Shown: positions 48,425 to 59,159, counted from the first letter of the stretch. The stretch: DNA of 64,000 bases from Candidatus Hydrogenedentota bacterium (GCA_963745075.1 CAVUWV010000031.1:128001-192000), one strand, 5' to 3'. Notes: generated by a model from the sequence alone, not told the origin. Made by a program: numbers and translations.

Positions 48425-50791
48425 ATGAATCCAGTACTTTATACCGGTTATCGGGGCGTGACTATGACTGCAATGGTTGCACTCTTGCTGTTGGTCAACG
48501 TCACATGGGCGGAACCTATTGCGCTGACCAATGCGACCATTGTCGTGGGAAAGGCAAAGAACTCGACTTCGCTCGCGGCAACCGTGCTCTCCGAAGAAAT
48601 CGAGAAACGCACCGGCGTTCACTGGAATGTCGCTACCGAATGGCCCGATGATGGCGCAGCCATTGCCATGACCGCGGGTGGCGCGCGCAGTCTTTACGGT
48701 CGCGCGGTTCCCGAGAACTGCCATGTGACGGCGGCTGAAGCGTTTGCCGTTCATACGGAAACCACCACACAACCGATCGTTTGGATCGCGAGTGCAGACG
48801 CACGAGGCGCGCTGTTCGGCGTGGGGTATCTGCTGCGCAAGCTGGACTGGCGTGACGGTTCGGTGGCGTTAGCCGCGCCCATTCACGTGGTGACAGCCCC
48901 CGAGTATCCTCTTCGCGGTCATCAACTCGGGTATCGCGCCACCGCGAACTCGTACGACGCCTGGAGCAAGGAACAATACGAGCAGTACATCCGCGAACTC
49001 GCCTTCTTCGGGACCAATGCCATCGAAATGATCCCGTTGCAGGACGGACGCCCCGTGGTCGGCGACGTGCCGCGGGAAGAAATGGACCGCACGGTCAGCG
49101 CGATCTGCGACAAGTACGACCTCGATTTCTGGATCTGGACCCCGGCCACGATCGACCTTTCCGACGCGAAACTCCGCGCCGAATTGCTTGCGGATCATGA
49201 CAAGCTGTTTGCAGGGTTTCCCCGCCTCGACGCGGTGTTCTTCCCCGGCGGCGACCCCGGCGACAATCCGCCGGAGTTGGTGATGCCGTTCCTGGAAGAC
49301 CTGTCCAAAGTCCTGGCCAAACATCACCCCAAGGCCAAGATTTGGATTTCGCTCCAGGGTTTCGACCCCTGGCAGGTGGACGTGTTTTATGCGTGGGTAA
49401 ACGAGCATCAGCCGGACTGGATGGGCGGCGTCGTCGCGGGCCCCTCGAGCCCGGCCATCTATGAAACCCGGCTCCGCCTCGACAAGCGATACGGGCTGCG
49501 TCATTATCCGGACATCACGCACGTCGTGCGCGCGCAGTATCCGGTATCGTGGATCGATCCGGCTTTTGCGTTCACGCTGGGACGGGAGCCGGTGAACCCG
49601 CGGCCGGTTTACTACCGTGTGATCCACAACAATCTTGCGCCGTACACGAACGGATTTCTTACCTACTCGGACGGTATCCATGACGACCTGAACAAGGTGG
49701 TGTGGAGTTCGCTCGGCTGGGACACGACCGAGGACTTGCGCGAGATCCTTATCGACTATTGTCGTGTCTTCTTCGGACCGGACGTGGCGGATACGGCGGC
49801 CGACGGCATCTTCGCGTTGGAAAAGAACTGGGACGGCGCGCTGGCCCGGAACGGCAGCGTAGACGGGACCTTGCGCCTCTGGCAGGGGTTGGAATCCAAG
49901 TCGCCGCAATTGAAGGACAACTGGCGCTGGAATCTGTATTTGCTTCGCGCCTATTACGATGACTATATCCGGCACCGGCTGATTCACGAATCGGGACTCG
50001 AAGACGCGGCGAATGCCAAGATGCTGGAGGCGCCGAAGGTCGGCGCGGATAAGGCCATGGATGCGGCGCTCGCGGAGTTGGCGCGGGTCGACACCGAGAA
50101 GGTCCATCCGGAGTGGCGGGATCGCATCTATGCGCTGTGCGAGAGTCTCTGGAACCAGATCGGCTACCAGACCAGCGTCGAGAAATACGGGGCCGCGGGC
50201 GCCGAGCGCGGGGCCGTGCTGGACTTCGTGGACTACCCGTTGAACAACCGCTGGTGGTTGGAAGACGAAATCGCCAAGGCGCGGAAAATGCCGAGCGAAG
50301 CGGACAAGGTCGCACACTTGCATATGCTGGCCACGTGGGCGCACCCGGGACCGGGCAGTTTCTACGACGACATCGGCAACGTCGCGAAGTGCGATCACGT
50401 AATTCGCAGCGAACGCTACAACACGCTGCTGGAACCGGACCGACCGACCGTCCCGGATTTCATGTTCTGGGACAACGGGAAGCGGCGCGTGCGCCAGTCC
50501 TGGATGAGCAAGATGGATTGGCCGGAAGGGCTGCGCTATATCGGGCTCGATCCGGACGCGGACTATGTGTTCAAGACGACGGGCATCAGTTCCTGCCTGC
50601 CCCGGGCCAACGGACTTCGGCTGGTACCTACCGAGGACGGCCGCGAAGTGGGCGATGTAAAGGTGTTCCCCGTACCGCGCCAGGCGTATCGGGAAGGATA
50701 CTTGACGATAACGTTCGACGTGCCGTTCGAGCCCGGCATCAATTGGCGTCAGATGTCACGCTTGTCGGAAGCGTGGTTGATCAAGAAGTAG
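48425..50791 (+). CDS. Secreted glycoside hydrolase-like protein (GH20/GH67-type N-domain)
   Basis: Signal peptide; LSEEIEKRTG, DARGALFGVGYLLR, P.YPLRGHQLGYR and FFPGGDPG. Confidence 0.65.
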   Translation: MNPVLYTGYRGVTMTAMVALLLLVNVTWAEPIALTNATIVVGKAKNSTSLAATVLSEEIEKRTGVHWNVATEWPDDGAAIAMTAGGARSLYGRAVPENCHVTAAEAFAVHTETTTQPIVWIASADARGALFGVGYLLRKLDWRDGSVALAAPIHVVTAPEYPLRGHQLGYRATANSYDAWSKEQYEQYIRELAFFGTNAIEMIPLQDGRPVVGDVPREEMDRTVSAICDKYDLDFWIWTPATIDLSDAKLRAELLADHDKLFAGFPRLDAVFFPGGDPGDNPPELVMPFLEDLSKVLAKHHPKAKIWISLQGFDPWQVDVFYAWVNEHQPDWMGGVVAGPSSPAIYETRLRLDKRYGLRHYPDITHVVRAQYPVSWIDPAFAFTLGREPVNPRPVYYRVIHNNLAPYTNGFLTYSDGIHDDLNKVVWSSLGWDTTEDLREILIDYCRVFFGPDVADTAADGIFALEKNWDGALARNGSVDGTLRLWQGLESKSPQLKDNWRWNLYLLRAYYDDYIRHRLIHESGLEDAANAKMLEAPKVGADKAMDAALAELARVDTEKVHPEWRDRIYALCESLWNQIGYQTSVEKYGAAGAERGAVLDFVDYPLNNRWWLEDEIAKARKMPSEADKVAHLHMLATWAHPGPGSFYDDIGNVAKCDHVIRSERYNTLLEPDRPTVPDFMFWDNGKRRVRQSWMSKMDWPEGLRYIGLDPDADYVFKTTGISSCLPRANGLRLVPTEDGREVGDVKVFPVPRQAYREGYLTITFDVPFEPGINWRQMSRLSEAWLIKK

Positions 50792-52976
50792 ACTTCGCAA
50801 CCTCGGTTTCGGCGCGGTTCACCAGCGCTTTGAATTCGGTCCGATCGCGCAACGATGCGAAATCGGGGTCGCTCTGCAATGCCTGCACGAGGGTCTTGTC
50901 AACGGATTCCATGGTGAGGGCGGATTCGAGCAGGCATAGTGCCGCGTCCGCATCGCCCGCGACGGCTTTCAGACAGGCCAGATCGTATGGCGGTTTCCAC
51001 GAATCGGGGCGCAGGCGTTGCGCTTCCTCGAAGTATTTTGCGGCCGTTTCAGGGTCGCCGGTGCGTTGGGCGCACAGTCCCGACTGCAACAGCGCGGCGA
51101 AATGGTTGGGGGTGGTCTTCAGAACGCGCTGGTAATAGATCAGGGCTTGGGCATAATCCCCTTCGATGAAGTAGAGATCAGCGTAGGCGAGGTGGGCGCG
51201 CGGGAAGCTTGGATCAACAGCCAAGGCCTGGTCGTACCACTGTTTCGCCTCGTCCTCGCGGTGGCGCTGCACGGCGATGAACCCGAGGTGGACCATGGCC
51301 TCGGCGAATTTTGGGGTAATGGCAAGCGCTCGGTGGTAGTACGTCTCCGCTTCGTCGTAATTGCCTTCACGCAGCTTGATATAGCCGAGCATGTAGAGCA
51401 CCCGGCTTTGGTTCGGATCGATCCGCAGCGACGCGCGGTATTCCTTTTCGGCGCCTTCCAGACTCCCCTCCCGGAGCACGGCGAGGGCGAGTACGTTTCG
51501 CGCGGAGACATGGCGCGGCGCGATGTTCAACAGTTCGCGGAGTACCCGCTCGCACTCCGCGTAGTTGCCGCGCTGGGCTTCGTTACGGGCTTCTTCCAGT
51601 TTGGTGTAGAGCCCGATGCCGTCTTTTGGATCCATGCCCTGTACGGCACTGCGGTCGTCCGGGTCGGCGAGATAGCCCAATGCCTGGAGCATTTCCAGGG
51701 TCTCGTGGTCCATGGGATTTCGCTCGGTTTCCAGGGCGACCTGCTTTGATTCGTCCAGTAATGCCGAAAGTTTCGCGTCCAATTGGGCGGCGAGTTCCGG
51801 CTTCTCGTTGTATAGGTTGTTCAATTCTTGAGGGTCGGTGCGGAGGTTGTAGAGCTCCGGCTTGGGCGCGCGTATCCACTTGTACCCGTCGAACCGCAGA
51901 CCGTAGAGCGGGGCCATGCCGAAGCCCAATTCCGACAACAATGACTCGGAATACTGCGGCAAGTCGGGCGGCGGCACATCGCCGCGAAGGGCGGACAGCA
52001 GGTCGGCTCCCTGGGTTTTGTCCGCTCCGGGAACGTCGAGTGCCCCGAGTATGGTGGGCATGAGGTCGATGCAACGGACCGGACCCCAGTAGACCGTGTC
52101 GGACGGCAGGTGACCGGGCCAGTGAAAGATAAGCGGCACGTGCACGGTGGCGTCATAGATAAAGATGGCGTGTGTCTTCTCGCCGTGTTCGCCGAGGCTC
52201 TCGCCGTGGTCTGCCGTGAGTACGGTAAACGTGTTCTGGTCGACGCCCAAGGTCTTGAACGCGTCCATGATTCGCGCCAGACCCTCATCGGCCTGTGCGA
52301 TCTCCGCGTCGTAGGCGGTCGGGATGAGGTGGCGGTTCTTGGCGTGGGACTCGTAGGGCTGATGGGGGTCGAAGAAATGAACCCACAGGAAGAAGGGCTT
52401 GCCGTCGGCCTTCTCGTGCCAGCTTTCCAACCACTGTACGGCGCGCTCGGCCGTTTTCGGTGCGGGCCGGTCGCGGATCATGAACAGCTTGGGGTCGTCT
52501 TCGGCCCAGAGATCGTCGTCGTACACGTCGAAGCCCTGATTCAGGTTGTAGCGACGGTTCAGCACCAGCGCAGACACGAAGGCCGCCGTGTCGTATCCCG
52601 CGTCGTGGAGGCGCTCCGCGAGGGTTACGGCCTTGTCGTTCAAGGCGTAGGCGCCGTTGTCGCGCACGCCGTGGGCCGGTGGCAACAGGCCGGTCATGAT
52701 GGAAGTATGGGCCGGCATGGTGATCGGTGCAGTGGTCACCGCGTCGGCGCAACGCACCCCTTCCGCCGCGACGGCGTCAATGGTGGGCGTACGCGCAATG
52801 CCGTACCCGTAACACCCGATCCGGTCGGCGCGGCAGGTGTCGATGGTGACGAGAAGGACGTTGGGGCGGGGGGAATCGGCGAGTGCGGCGGCGGTCAGTA
52901 GCATTACGGACACGGCCACAACCGTCGCCCGCAGTGCCGCGGCAAGCGTACCCTTTTGTTGCGCATCAAAACTCAT
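50781..52976 (-). CDS. Sulfatase-like hydrolase/transferase with C-terminal TPR repeats
   Basis: PNVLLVTIDTCRAD, TMPAHTSIMTG, HFFDPH, ADHGE and ELYNL..DP.E, then TPRs; start ATG 52976. Confidence 0.88.
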   Translation of the reverse strand: MSFDAQQKGTLAAALRATVVAVSVMLLTAAALADSPRPNVLLVTIDTCRADRIGCYGYGIARTPTIDAVAAEGVRCADAVTTAPITMPAHTSIMTGLLPPAHGVRDNGAYALNDKAVTLAERLHDAGYDTAAFVSALVLNRRYNLNQGFDVYDDDLWAEDDPKLFMIRDRPAPKTAERAVQWLESWHEKADGKPFFLWVHFFDPHQPYESHAKNRHLIPTAYDAEIAQADEGLARIMDAFKTLGVDQNTFTVLTADHGESLGEHGEKTHAIFIYDATVHVPLIFHWPGHLPSDTVYWGPVRCIDLMPTILGALDVPGADKTQGADLLSALRGDVPPPDLPQYSESLLSELGFGMAPLYGLRFDGYKWIRAPKPELYNLRTDPQELNNLYNEKPELAAQLDAKLSALLDESKQVALETERNPMDHETLEMLQALGYLADPDDRSAVQGMDPKDGIGLYTKLEEARNEAQRGNYAECERVLRELLNIAPRHVSARNVLALAVLREGSLEGAEKEYRASLRIDPNQSRVLYMLGYIKLREGNYDEAETYYHRALAITPKFAEAMVHLGFIAVQRHREDEAKQWYDQALAVDPSFPRAHLAYADLYFIEGDYAQALIYYQRVLKTTPNHFAALLQSGLCAQRTGDPETAAKYFEEAQRLRPDSWKPPYDLACLKAVAGDADAALCLLESALTMESVDKTLVQALQSDPDFASLRDRTEFKALVNRAETEVAKSTS

Positions 52977-53072
52977 CCCAATACAATGACGCCTTGCGCT
53001 GCGGAATCCAAGGTGAATTTTTGCGAAAAAGGCGAATCTCGCTTTGCAGATCGGCAACAAAGGAAATCCATC

Positions 53073-54712
53073 ATGTCTCACGGCGGTAAACTCGTTGCGC
53101 GTGCGCTGAAGAATGCGGGCGTGGAGTGCATTTTCACGCTGAGCGGCGGGCACGTCATGCCCATCTACGACGGCTGCCTGGACGAGGGCATCCGCATCAT
53201 CGACGTGCGCCACGAGCAGGCGACGACCCACGCGGCGGACGCGTGGTCGCGGTTGAATCCCGGCAAGATCGGCGTGGCGGTGGTGACGGCGGGGCCCGGG
53301 GTGACGGATTCCGTAACGGGTGTGGCAAACGCGTGGCGCGCGAACTCCCCCATTCTCTGCATCGGCGGGCAGGGTCCCTTCGTCAATCTTGGACGCGGCT
53401 CGCTCCAGGAGATGGACCACGTCAGCCTCATGAAGCCCATTACCAAGTATTCGGCGGCGTGCTACGACACCGAACGCATTCCGGAATACATCGAGCAAGC
53501 CATTCGTCACGCAGTTTCCGGGAATCCCGGGCCCGGCGTTTCTGGAACTGCCCATGGACGTGCTGATGAACTCAGCCGATGTGGACAAGGCGGTGTATCC
53601 GCCGATCAGCACAACGCCGCCGCTGCTATCGCCGCACCGGGACGATGTGCTGGCGGCGTTGCGCATCATCGAGAAAGCGGAACGCCCACTCCTTATGAGC
53701 GGCACGAGCGTGAAGTGGTCGAACGCGCAACCGCAGCTCAACGCGTTTCTGGAAAAGACGAACATTCCCGCGTACGCCAACGGCATGGGACGCGGCACGA
53801 TCCCGCGCGGATCGAGACACCTGTTCAATCGCACGCGGCGGGACGCGCTGGAACAGTGCGACGTGGTGGTTCTTGCGGGCGTCGTCCTCGATTTTCGCAT
53901 GAAATTCGGACAAACCATTCCGAAGGACGCGAAAGATCATCCAGCTCGAAATGGACAATCTGCTCATCGGCCACAACCGCGCGTCGGACGTGGCGCTGGT
54001 CGGAAACCTCGCGTGCAGTTTCGACGCGCTGATGCAGGCGATGGACGGCGAAGGTATTTCGCTGGACTTCAGCGCCCACGCGGCCGCGCTGCGCGAAAAG
54101 GAAGACGCCATCGCCAAGGCCGACGCCGAGAAACAAGCCTCGGACGCGGTGCCCATCGAATCCAGCCGGTTGTGCAAGGAGATTGCGTCGTTCGTCGAAC
54201 AGTTCGATGACCTGATTGTCATCGGCGACGGCGGCGACATCGTGGCTTCCGCGGCGAAGGTGGTGCCCATTCCCAAGAACGGGGCGTGGATGGACCCGGG
54301 TCCGTTGGGAACGCTGGGCGTCGGCATGCCGTTCGCCATCGCGGCGCAGATCGCCCATCCGAACAAGCGCGTGCTTATCATTTACGGCGACGGCAGTTTC
54401 GGCCTGAACGGCTTCGAGTACGACACGGCCGTGCGGTTCAACCTGCCCATCGTGGGCATCGTCGGCAACGACGCGGCCTGGGGACAGATGATGCGCCCCC
54501 AGAAAGCCTTCTACGAGCGGCTCGCCGCGACGCAACTGGCGTACACGCGCTACGACAAAGTCGTCGAAGCCCTCGGCGGTCACGGCGAACACGTCGAGCA
54601 GCCGGCGGACATCCGTCCCGCCATCGAACGCGCTTTCGCCTCGGGCAAGCCTGCGTGCGTGAACGTCGTGCTGAAGCAGGACCAGTCGTACAAGGGCGGC
54701 GCGTATATCTGA
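53073..54712 (+). CDS. ThDP-dependent enzyme (acetolactate synthase/2-hydroxyacyl-CoA lyase-like); two extra bases near 53533 and 53932
   Basis: DVRHEQ, VTAGPG, GTLGVG and GDGSFG...GND; three ORF pieces join when one C and one A are removed. Confidence 0.85.
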
Positions 54713-54864
54713 TTGCAGCGCATGGGTTCACCAAGTGGCAAGTCGCCGCTTGTGCTCAATGCCAGATCGGACGGATCCGGAACGGACCAGGATTTCCCCG
54801 CTGGCGTCTCGCCTCGATGCGCGCTATGATAGTGAGGCCTTCCGTCAACTTGGTAAAACGGCCC

Positions 54865-55726
54865 ATGGATGCACGCGACCGCAATCAGCTAAAAACCGAA
54901 GCCGCGAAGCTGCGGAAGGACTACCACTACATCCGCAAGGCGCTGAAACAGCGGCCGAACGATCGCGACCTGCGCAAGCGCGCGGAGAAACTCCAGGCCC
55001 GCTACACGGAACTACAAGAGGAGCTGAAACACCATCCGAAGGGGGAGGCCGTCGAAGTGCAGCCCCTATCCGCTCCGCCGCCTCCCGTCGATATGTCGGC
55101 ATTTGAGCCGAAGGTGTACAGCCCGCCTCCGCCGGTGTCGGTGCCGCAAGACCGCGGCTGGGGCAACCCGTTCGGCAGTGTCAACATTTCCGGACGCACG
55201 ATCTGGACGAGTTTCCTCGTGGCCATCCTGGTGATAACCTCGCCGTTCTACTATCTCCTGTTCTTCAAGGGCATGGCCTTTTACCGGGTGCCGACCAATT
55301 CGATGATTCCCACGCTGGAACCGGGCGACCGGTTTGCCGCGATCGTGCCGAAGGAATACCGGCGCGGCGACGTGGTCGTTGTCGAAGACCCGGCGGACCC
55401 GGCGGCGTTCCTGGTGAAGCGGCTCGTCGCCTTACCGGGAGACGAGGTGGCGGTTCACAACCATAAGCTGTGGGTCAATGATGAACCGATCGATGAACGT
55501 TACATCCGCGAGCCGAATCGACTATGCCATGGATCCGATCGCGATGGGCAAAGGCGAAGTGTTTCTCCTGGGCGACAACCGCAATGAAAGTGAGGACGGC
55601 CACATCTGGCGCCGGGGATTTCCCATGGACAAAATCGTCGGCCGCGTCTTCTACATCTACTACCCCAGTGAACGGCGGGGCCATTTCAAGTCGCAGGAAC
55701 AGGCGTTTGCGTTGGTGCGGGACTAA
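54865..55726 (+). CDS. lepB: Signal peptidase I with N-terminal extension; one extra A near 55517
   Basis: TM segment, then VPTNSMIPTL, RGDVVV, LVKRLVALPGD; the next frame supplies FLLGDNR..SED. Confidence 0.85.
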
Positions 55727-55874
55727 GAGGACTTCCCTGGACCCTGCACGCATCGCCATTCTGAGTGACACGAAGGACCTCGTTTGGATAGATGTCTTGA
55801 TCGTTCAAGATTCTTCGCTTTGCTGCTAAGCAACATCGGTTGTAAGTCGCTTTGTGTCAATAGCGACGGTTTGT

Positions 55875-55955
55875 CGCTATCGGGATCGAAATCGGGATCG
55901 GGATCGAAATGCGAAGTGCTTCCGATCCCGATAGCGGTCCCGATCCCGATTTCGA
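55875..55955. repeat. Hexamer-based (ATCGGG/ATCGAA) palindromic repeat element
   Basis: Perfect 18-bp IR 55886-55903/55938-55955 and 14-bp IR 55875-55888/55923-55936. Confidence 0.8.
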
Positions 55956-56095
55956 GAATAGCTTGCGTTTCAGCCGCACGTAAATGTTCTTCCGCGATTC
56001 GCCGTTCTTAACGGTCGGATGCTCAGAATGACGGTAATTCTTTTTCATCTAATCTCGGAGCAGGTTTCGATCCCAGGATATATCGAGTTGATTAA

Positions 56096-56398
56096 TCAGA
56101 TGAATCGTGGCCGAGAGAGCAAGTACATACCAAAGCCAACAGCGCAGACAGCGCCAAGCGTAATTGCGCCCAATCTTCGTCCCGTCCCCGTTTCCATTCT
56201 GGCGGCGGACAGTGCAAATCCGAAGGCCAATGCGTATGTGACCACCAGGATTGCGAAGAAGCGAGCCGCACCAAGGGCTTGTACAATTCGCGGCAGCAGC
56301 GGGTGGTGCTCCTGCAGCACTACGAGAGACCACGTCGGCATCAAGAAGATTATGGAGACCGCGACGTCTCGCCGGCCCCTGCGTTCCTTGTCGGTCAT
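56096..56398 (-). CDS. Small membrane protein
   Basis: About 100 aa with three hydrophobic segments; co-oriented with its neighbours. Confidence 0.5.
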   Translation of the reverse strand: MTDKERRGRRDVAVSIIFLMPTWSLVVLQEHHPLLPRIVQALGAARFFAILVVTYALAFGFALSAARMETGTGRRLGAITLGAVCAVGFGMYLLSRPRFI

Positions 56399-56491
56399 GG
56401 CTGGATCTCGTGTCTCCTCTCGACACAAGGAAAACGACCGGGCGGTGGAGACGGTTGACGGGGGCTCGGCGGAACGATTCCGCCCGAAGCG

Positions 56492-56716
56492 TCAATAGCC
56501 CAGGCGGTTGCGCTCGGGCCGGAAGATGACCCAAAGTAGCAGCCCGATCGGCCAACTGAAGAATGCGACCAGGATGGCGACCAGACATCCCGGCTTTCCC
56601 CGCGCGTTCGCGTCGCCGTAACACCAGACGACGCTCCAGATGTATAGCACGAAGATCCCCAGGTACAGGATAATGAACGGCACGGCGAGAAAAGGTGCAA
56701 GGCTGTGAGAATCCAT
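56492..56716 (-). CDS. Small membrane protein (PLDc_N-like), paralog 1
   Basis: WSV.W..GDA..RGKPGCLV...SWP..LL.W..FRPER; RBS present. Confidence 0.75.
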   Translation of the reverse strand: MDSHSLAPFLAVPFIILYLGIFVLYIWSVVWCYGDANARGKPGCLVAILVAFFSWPIGLLLWVIFRPERNRLGY

Positions 56717-56788
56717 TCGTATCCCCTTAGTGATTCGTGGGCTGAATGATAGCAAGACCGGCGCGCAATTGCCCGATTCCGGATTCCG

Positions 56789-56998
56789 CTAGCGCCATTG
56801 CCTGCGTTCCGGCCGAAAGACGATCCACATCAAGAGGCTCACCGGCCAACTGATCAAGCCGACAAACGCGCCCACAAGACACCCCGGTTTGCCCCGGCGC
56901 TCGGCATCCCCCATCGCCCACGTCACGCTCCATGCCCAAAGGCCGAATCCGATCAGAATGATGATGCACTGCAGCATGATGGGCAGTTCATTCTTCAC
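56789..56998 (-). CDS. Small membrane protein (PLDc_N-like), paralog 2
   Basis: Same motif as its neighbour; AAGGAG RBS before GTG. Confidence 0.75.
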   Translation of the reverse strand: MKNELPIMLQCIIILIGFGLWAWSVTWAMGDAERRGKPGCLVGAFVGLISWPVSLLMWIVFRPERRQWR

Positions 56999-57289
56999 GG
57001 GAAATCTCCTTCACAAAGAATCAGCCCCTCTCTAAGCATTGTGCCTCTGCCGGATTTGTTCACTCAAGGCATTTGTCTATCTAAGCTCGAGTACTGAATC
57101 GCTTCACTTACGAGGTTGTCGACGATGAATTCGACGCCGTCGATGTTGCGAGGTTTGCACGACAAAGAAAGTCTTGTCACAAAACGAAATGTGCGTTAAT
57201 ATCGAAAACTAAACCTGATTTGTTTTCGGCACGGGGGTGTGGGCCGGCTACGGATTAAGGATGGCGGGGCAATCATTGGGGGAATCATC

Positions 57290-58309
57290 ATGTCTAAACT
57301 GTCTTGCGGGTTGTTATGTAACATCACGTTTTACGGCATGGCTTGTCTTGCTGGGGGCAAAGCCCTGGCCCAGCAGGTGTTCTGGACTGACTGGGGCACC
57401 ACCAAGGTTCAGGCGGGCAACGTTGATGGCTCCGGTTCCCCAACCGACCTCTTCGATAGCTCCGATGGGCTGAACGTCCCCGACGGCATTGCCGTCGACG
57501 TGGCGGGCGGTAAGGTGTACTGGACCGACATGAGCGCGAGCAAGGTTCAAGTGGGAAACCTGGACGGCTCCGGTTCCCCAACCGACCTCTTCAATTCCTC
57601 CGATGGGCTCAGCGCCCCCAACGACATTGCCCTGGACATTGAGGGGAACAAGGTCTACTGGACTGATTTGAGCATCAACACAGTTCAGGTGGGCAACCTG
57701 GACGGCTCCGGTTCCCCTGCAGTTCTCTTCGATAGCTCCGATGGGCTTGCCAATCCCATGGGTATCGCCTTGGACGTCGCGGGCGGCAAGGTCTACTGGA
57801 CCGATTCTTACGCCAGCAAGGTTCAGGTGGGCAACCTGGATGGATCAGGTTCTCCAACGGACCTCTTCGATAGCTCTGATGGGCTTAGCGGCCCATGCTT
57901 TATCGCCTTGGACGTCGCTGGAGGCAAGGTCTACTGGACGGACGCCATCACCCGCAAAGTTCAGGCGGGAAACCTGGACGGGTCCGGTTCTCCAACGGAC
58001 CTTTACGATATCACCGATCTGCTTGACTTTCCCTGCGGCATCGCGGTGGACGTGGCGGGCGGCAAGGTGTACTGGACCGACTCCGACACCCGCATGATTC
58101 AGGTGGGTAACCTCGATGGGTCCGGTTTCCCAACCGCGCTCTTCGACATTTCCGATGGCCTTAGCGACCCCATCGGCATCGCCTTGGGTTCGGGCGCGGC
58201 CCCACCGTCCGTCCCCGCGTCAAGCCGGGGAATGCTCTCGTTGACGGTTCTGGTCTTGGCGCTCTGCGCCGTGATCGCGGTATATCGTCTACGCGCGCGC
58301 CGGGTTTAG
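57290..58309 (+). CDS. Exported six-bladed YWTD beta-propeller with IPTL-CTERM-like membrane anchor
   Basis: Six 46-aa (138-bp) repeats KVYWTDxxxxKVQVGNLDGSGSPTDLFDSSDGLxxPxxIALD; C-terminus VPASS, hydrophobic helix, RLRARRV. Confidence 0.85.
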   Translation: MSKLSCGLLCNITFYGMACLAGGKALAQQVFWTDWGTTKVQAGNVDGSGSPTDLFDSSDGLNVPDGIAVDVAGGKVYWTDMSASKVQVGNLDGSGSPTDLFNSSDGLSAPNDIALDIEGNKVYWTDLSINTVQVGNLDGSGSPAVLFDSSDGLANPMGIALDVAGGKVYWTDSYASKVQVGNLDGSGSPTDLFDSSDGLSGPCFIALDVAGGKVYWTDAITRKVQAGNLDGSGSPTDLYDITDLLDFPCGIAVDVAGGKVYWTDSDTRMIQVGNLDGSGFPTALFDISDGLSDPIGIALGSGAAPPSVPASSRGMLSLTVLVLALCAVIAVYRLRARRV

Positions 58310-58459
58310 CGTAGGGAGCGGCTCGTCCCCTAAGCCGCCGGGGGTCCAGCCTGGAATCAAACGAGGCGCAGTACTTTGAGTACCTTGAATTCCCTGGGGA
58401 GCCCACGACAAGACGGGGGTCGCGGTGGGAATTGAGTATTGTGTCCCCTTAATTCCACA

Positions 58460-58849
58460 CTACCACGTTTCGAGCGACAGGCCTTCCACTTCCGTGAAAT
58501 GCGCATCGCGGGCCACGAGCGTCAGGTCGTTCTGAAATGCCTGGGCCGCAATCCAAATGTCGTTCTCGGGGATCGGTCGGCCCTTTTGTCGCAGTCGCTC
58601 TTTCACTTCACCATAGCGCCGGGCAGTCTCTGTGTCGCATCCCAAGACGACGTTACGCGCCGCGAAATCATCTATGCGTTCCGTGTTGTCTGCCACTCTC
58701 GTCGACTTTTTTGCTCCGTAATACAGTTCGCCAAGGACCACGCTGGAGACAAACAACTCCCCCGCTCCCCGAACTCGGTCTTTCACCGCCCCTTCGCCGG
58801 CAAACAGTGCAATAACAATGTTGGTATCCAACAGGTATCTACCATTCAT
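58460..58849 (-). CDS. vapC: VapC PIN-domain toxin
   Basis: YLLDTN, VLGELYYG, ENDIWIAA and RDAHF. Confidence 0.92.
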   Translation of the reverse strand: MNGRYLLDTNIVIALFAGEGAVKDRVRGAGELFVSSVVLGELYYGAKKSTRVADNTERIDDFAARNVVLGCDTETARRYGEVKERLRQKGRPIPENDIWIAAQAFQNDLTLVARDAHFTEVEGLSLETW

Positions 58850-59066
58850 TCACGTCGACCTGTTCGCAGCCTTCCTCAATTGCCTGTTGCATCAAGTGTA
58901 GGTCCTGTCGTGAAATCGTACCGGCAAACTCTACTAACTGCTGTCCGGGTACCCCCCGGCGCTGTTCGGACCGCAGCGTCTCCACATACGCCAAGACTTG
59001 CCGTTGCAGGTCTTCCGGAAGAGCGTCGAGTTGCTCAATCACTTTACTCCGAATTGCACTGTTCAT
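58839..59066 (-). CDS. Antitoxin (DUF2281-like) upstream of vapC
   Basis: LPEDLQRQVLAYVETL...AGTIS..D...M..AIEEGCEQVD.NEW; overlaps the vapC start. Confidence 0.75.
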   Translation of the reverse strand: MNSAIRSKVIEQLDALPEDLQRQVLAYVETLRSEQRRGVPGQQLVEFAGTISRQDLHLMQQAIEEGCEQVDVNEW

Positions 59067-59159
59067 TTTGCTGTTCCTGTTTCCCAATATCGCGCGTGCC
59101 CGGTCGATGAAATGCGCTCAAACCATCACTCGTAGTATATCATCGAATCCCGAAATCAG

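Noticed and set aside
52977..53918. N-terminal 314 aa of the 1045-aa ORF
   Set aside because: Antisense to the ThDP enzyme; the sulfatase-like protein plausibly starts at 52976.
57370..58190. 138-bp repeats as a CRISPR array or DGR template
   Set aside because: In-frame protein repeats with no unique spacers; no cas or reverse transcriptase gene in the window.
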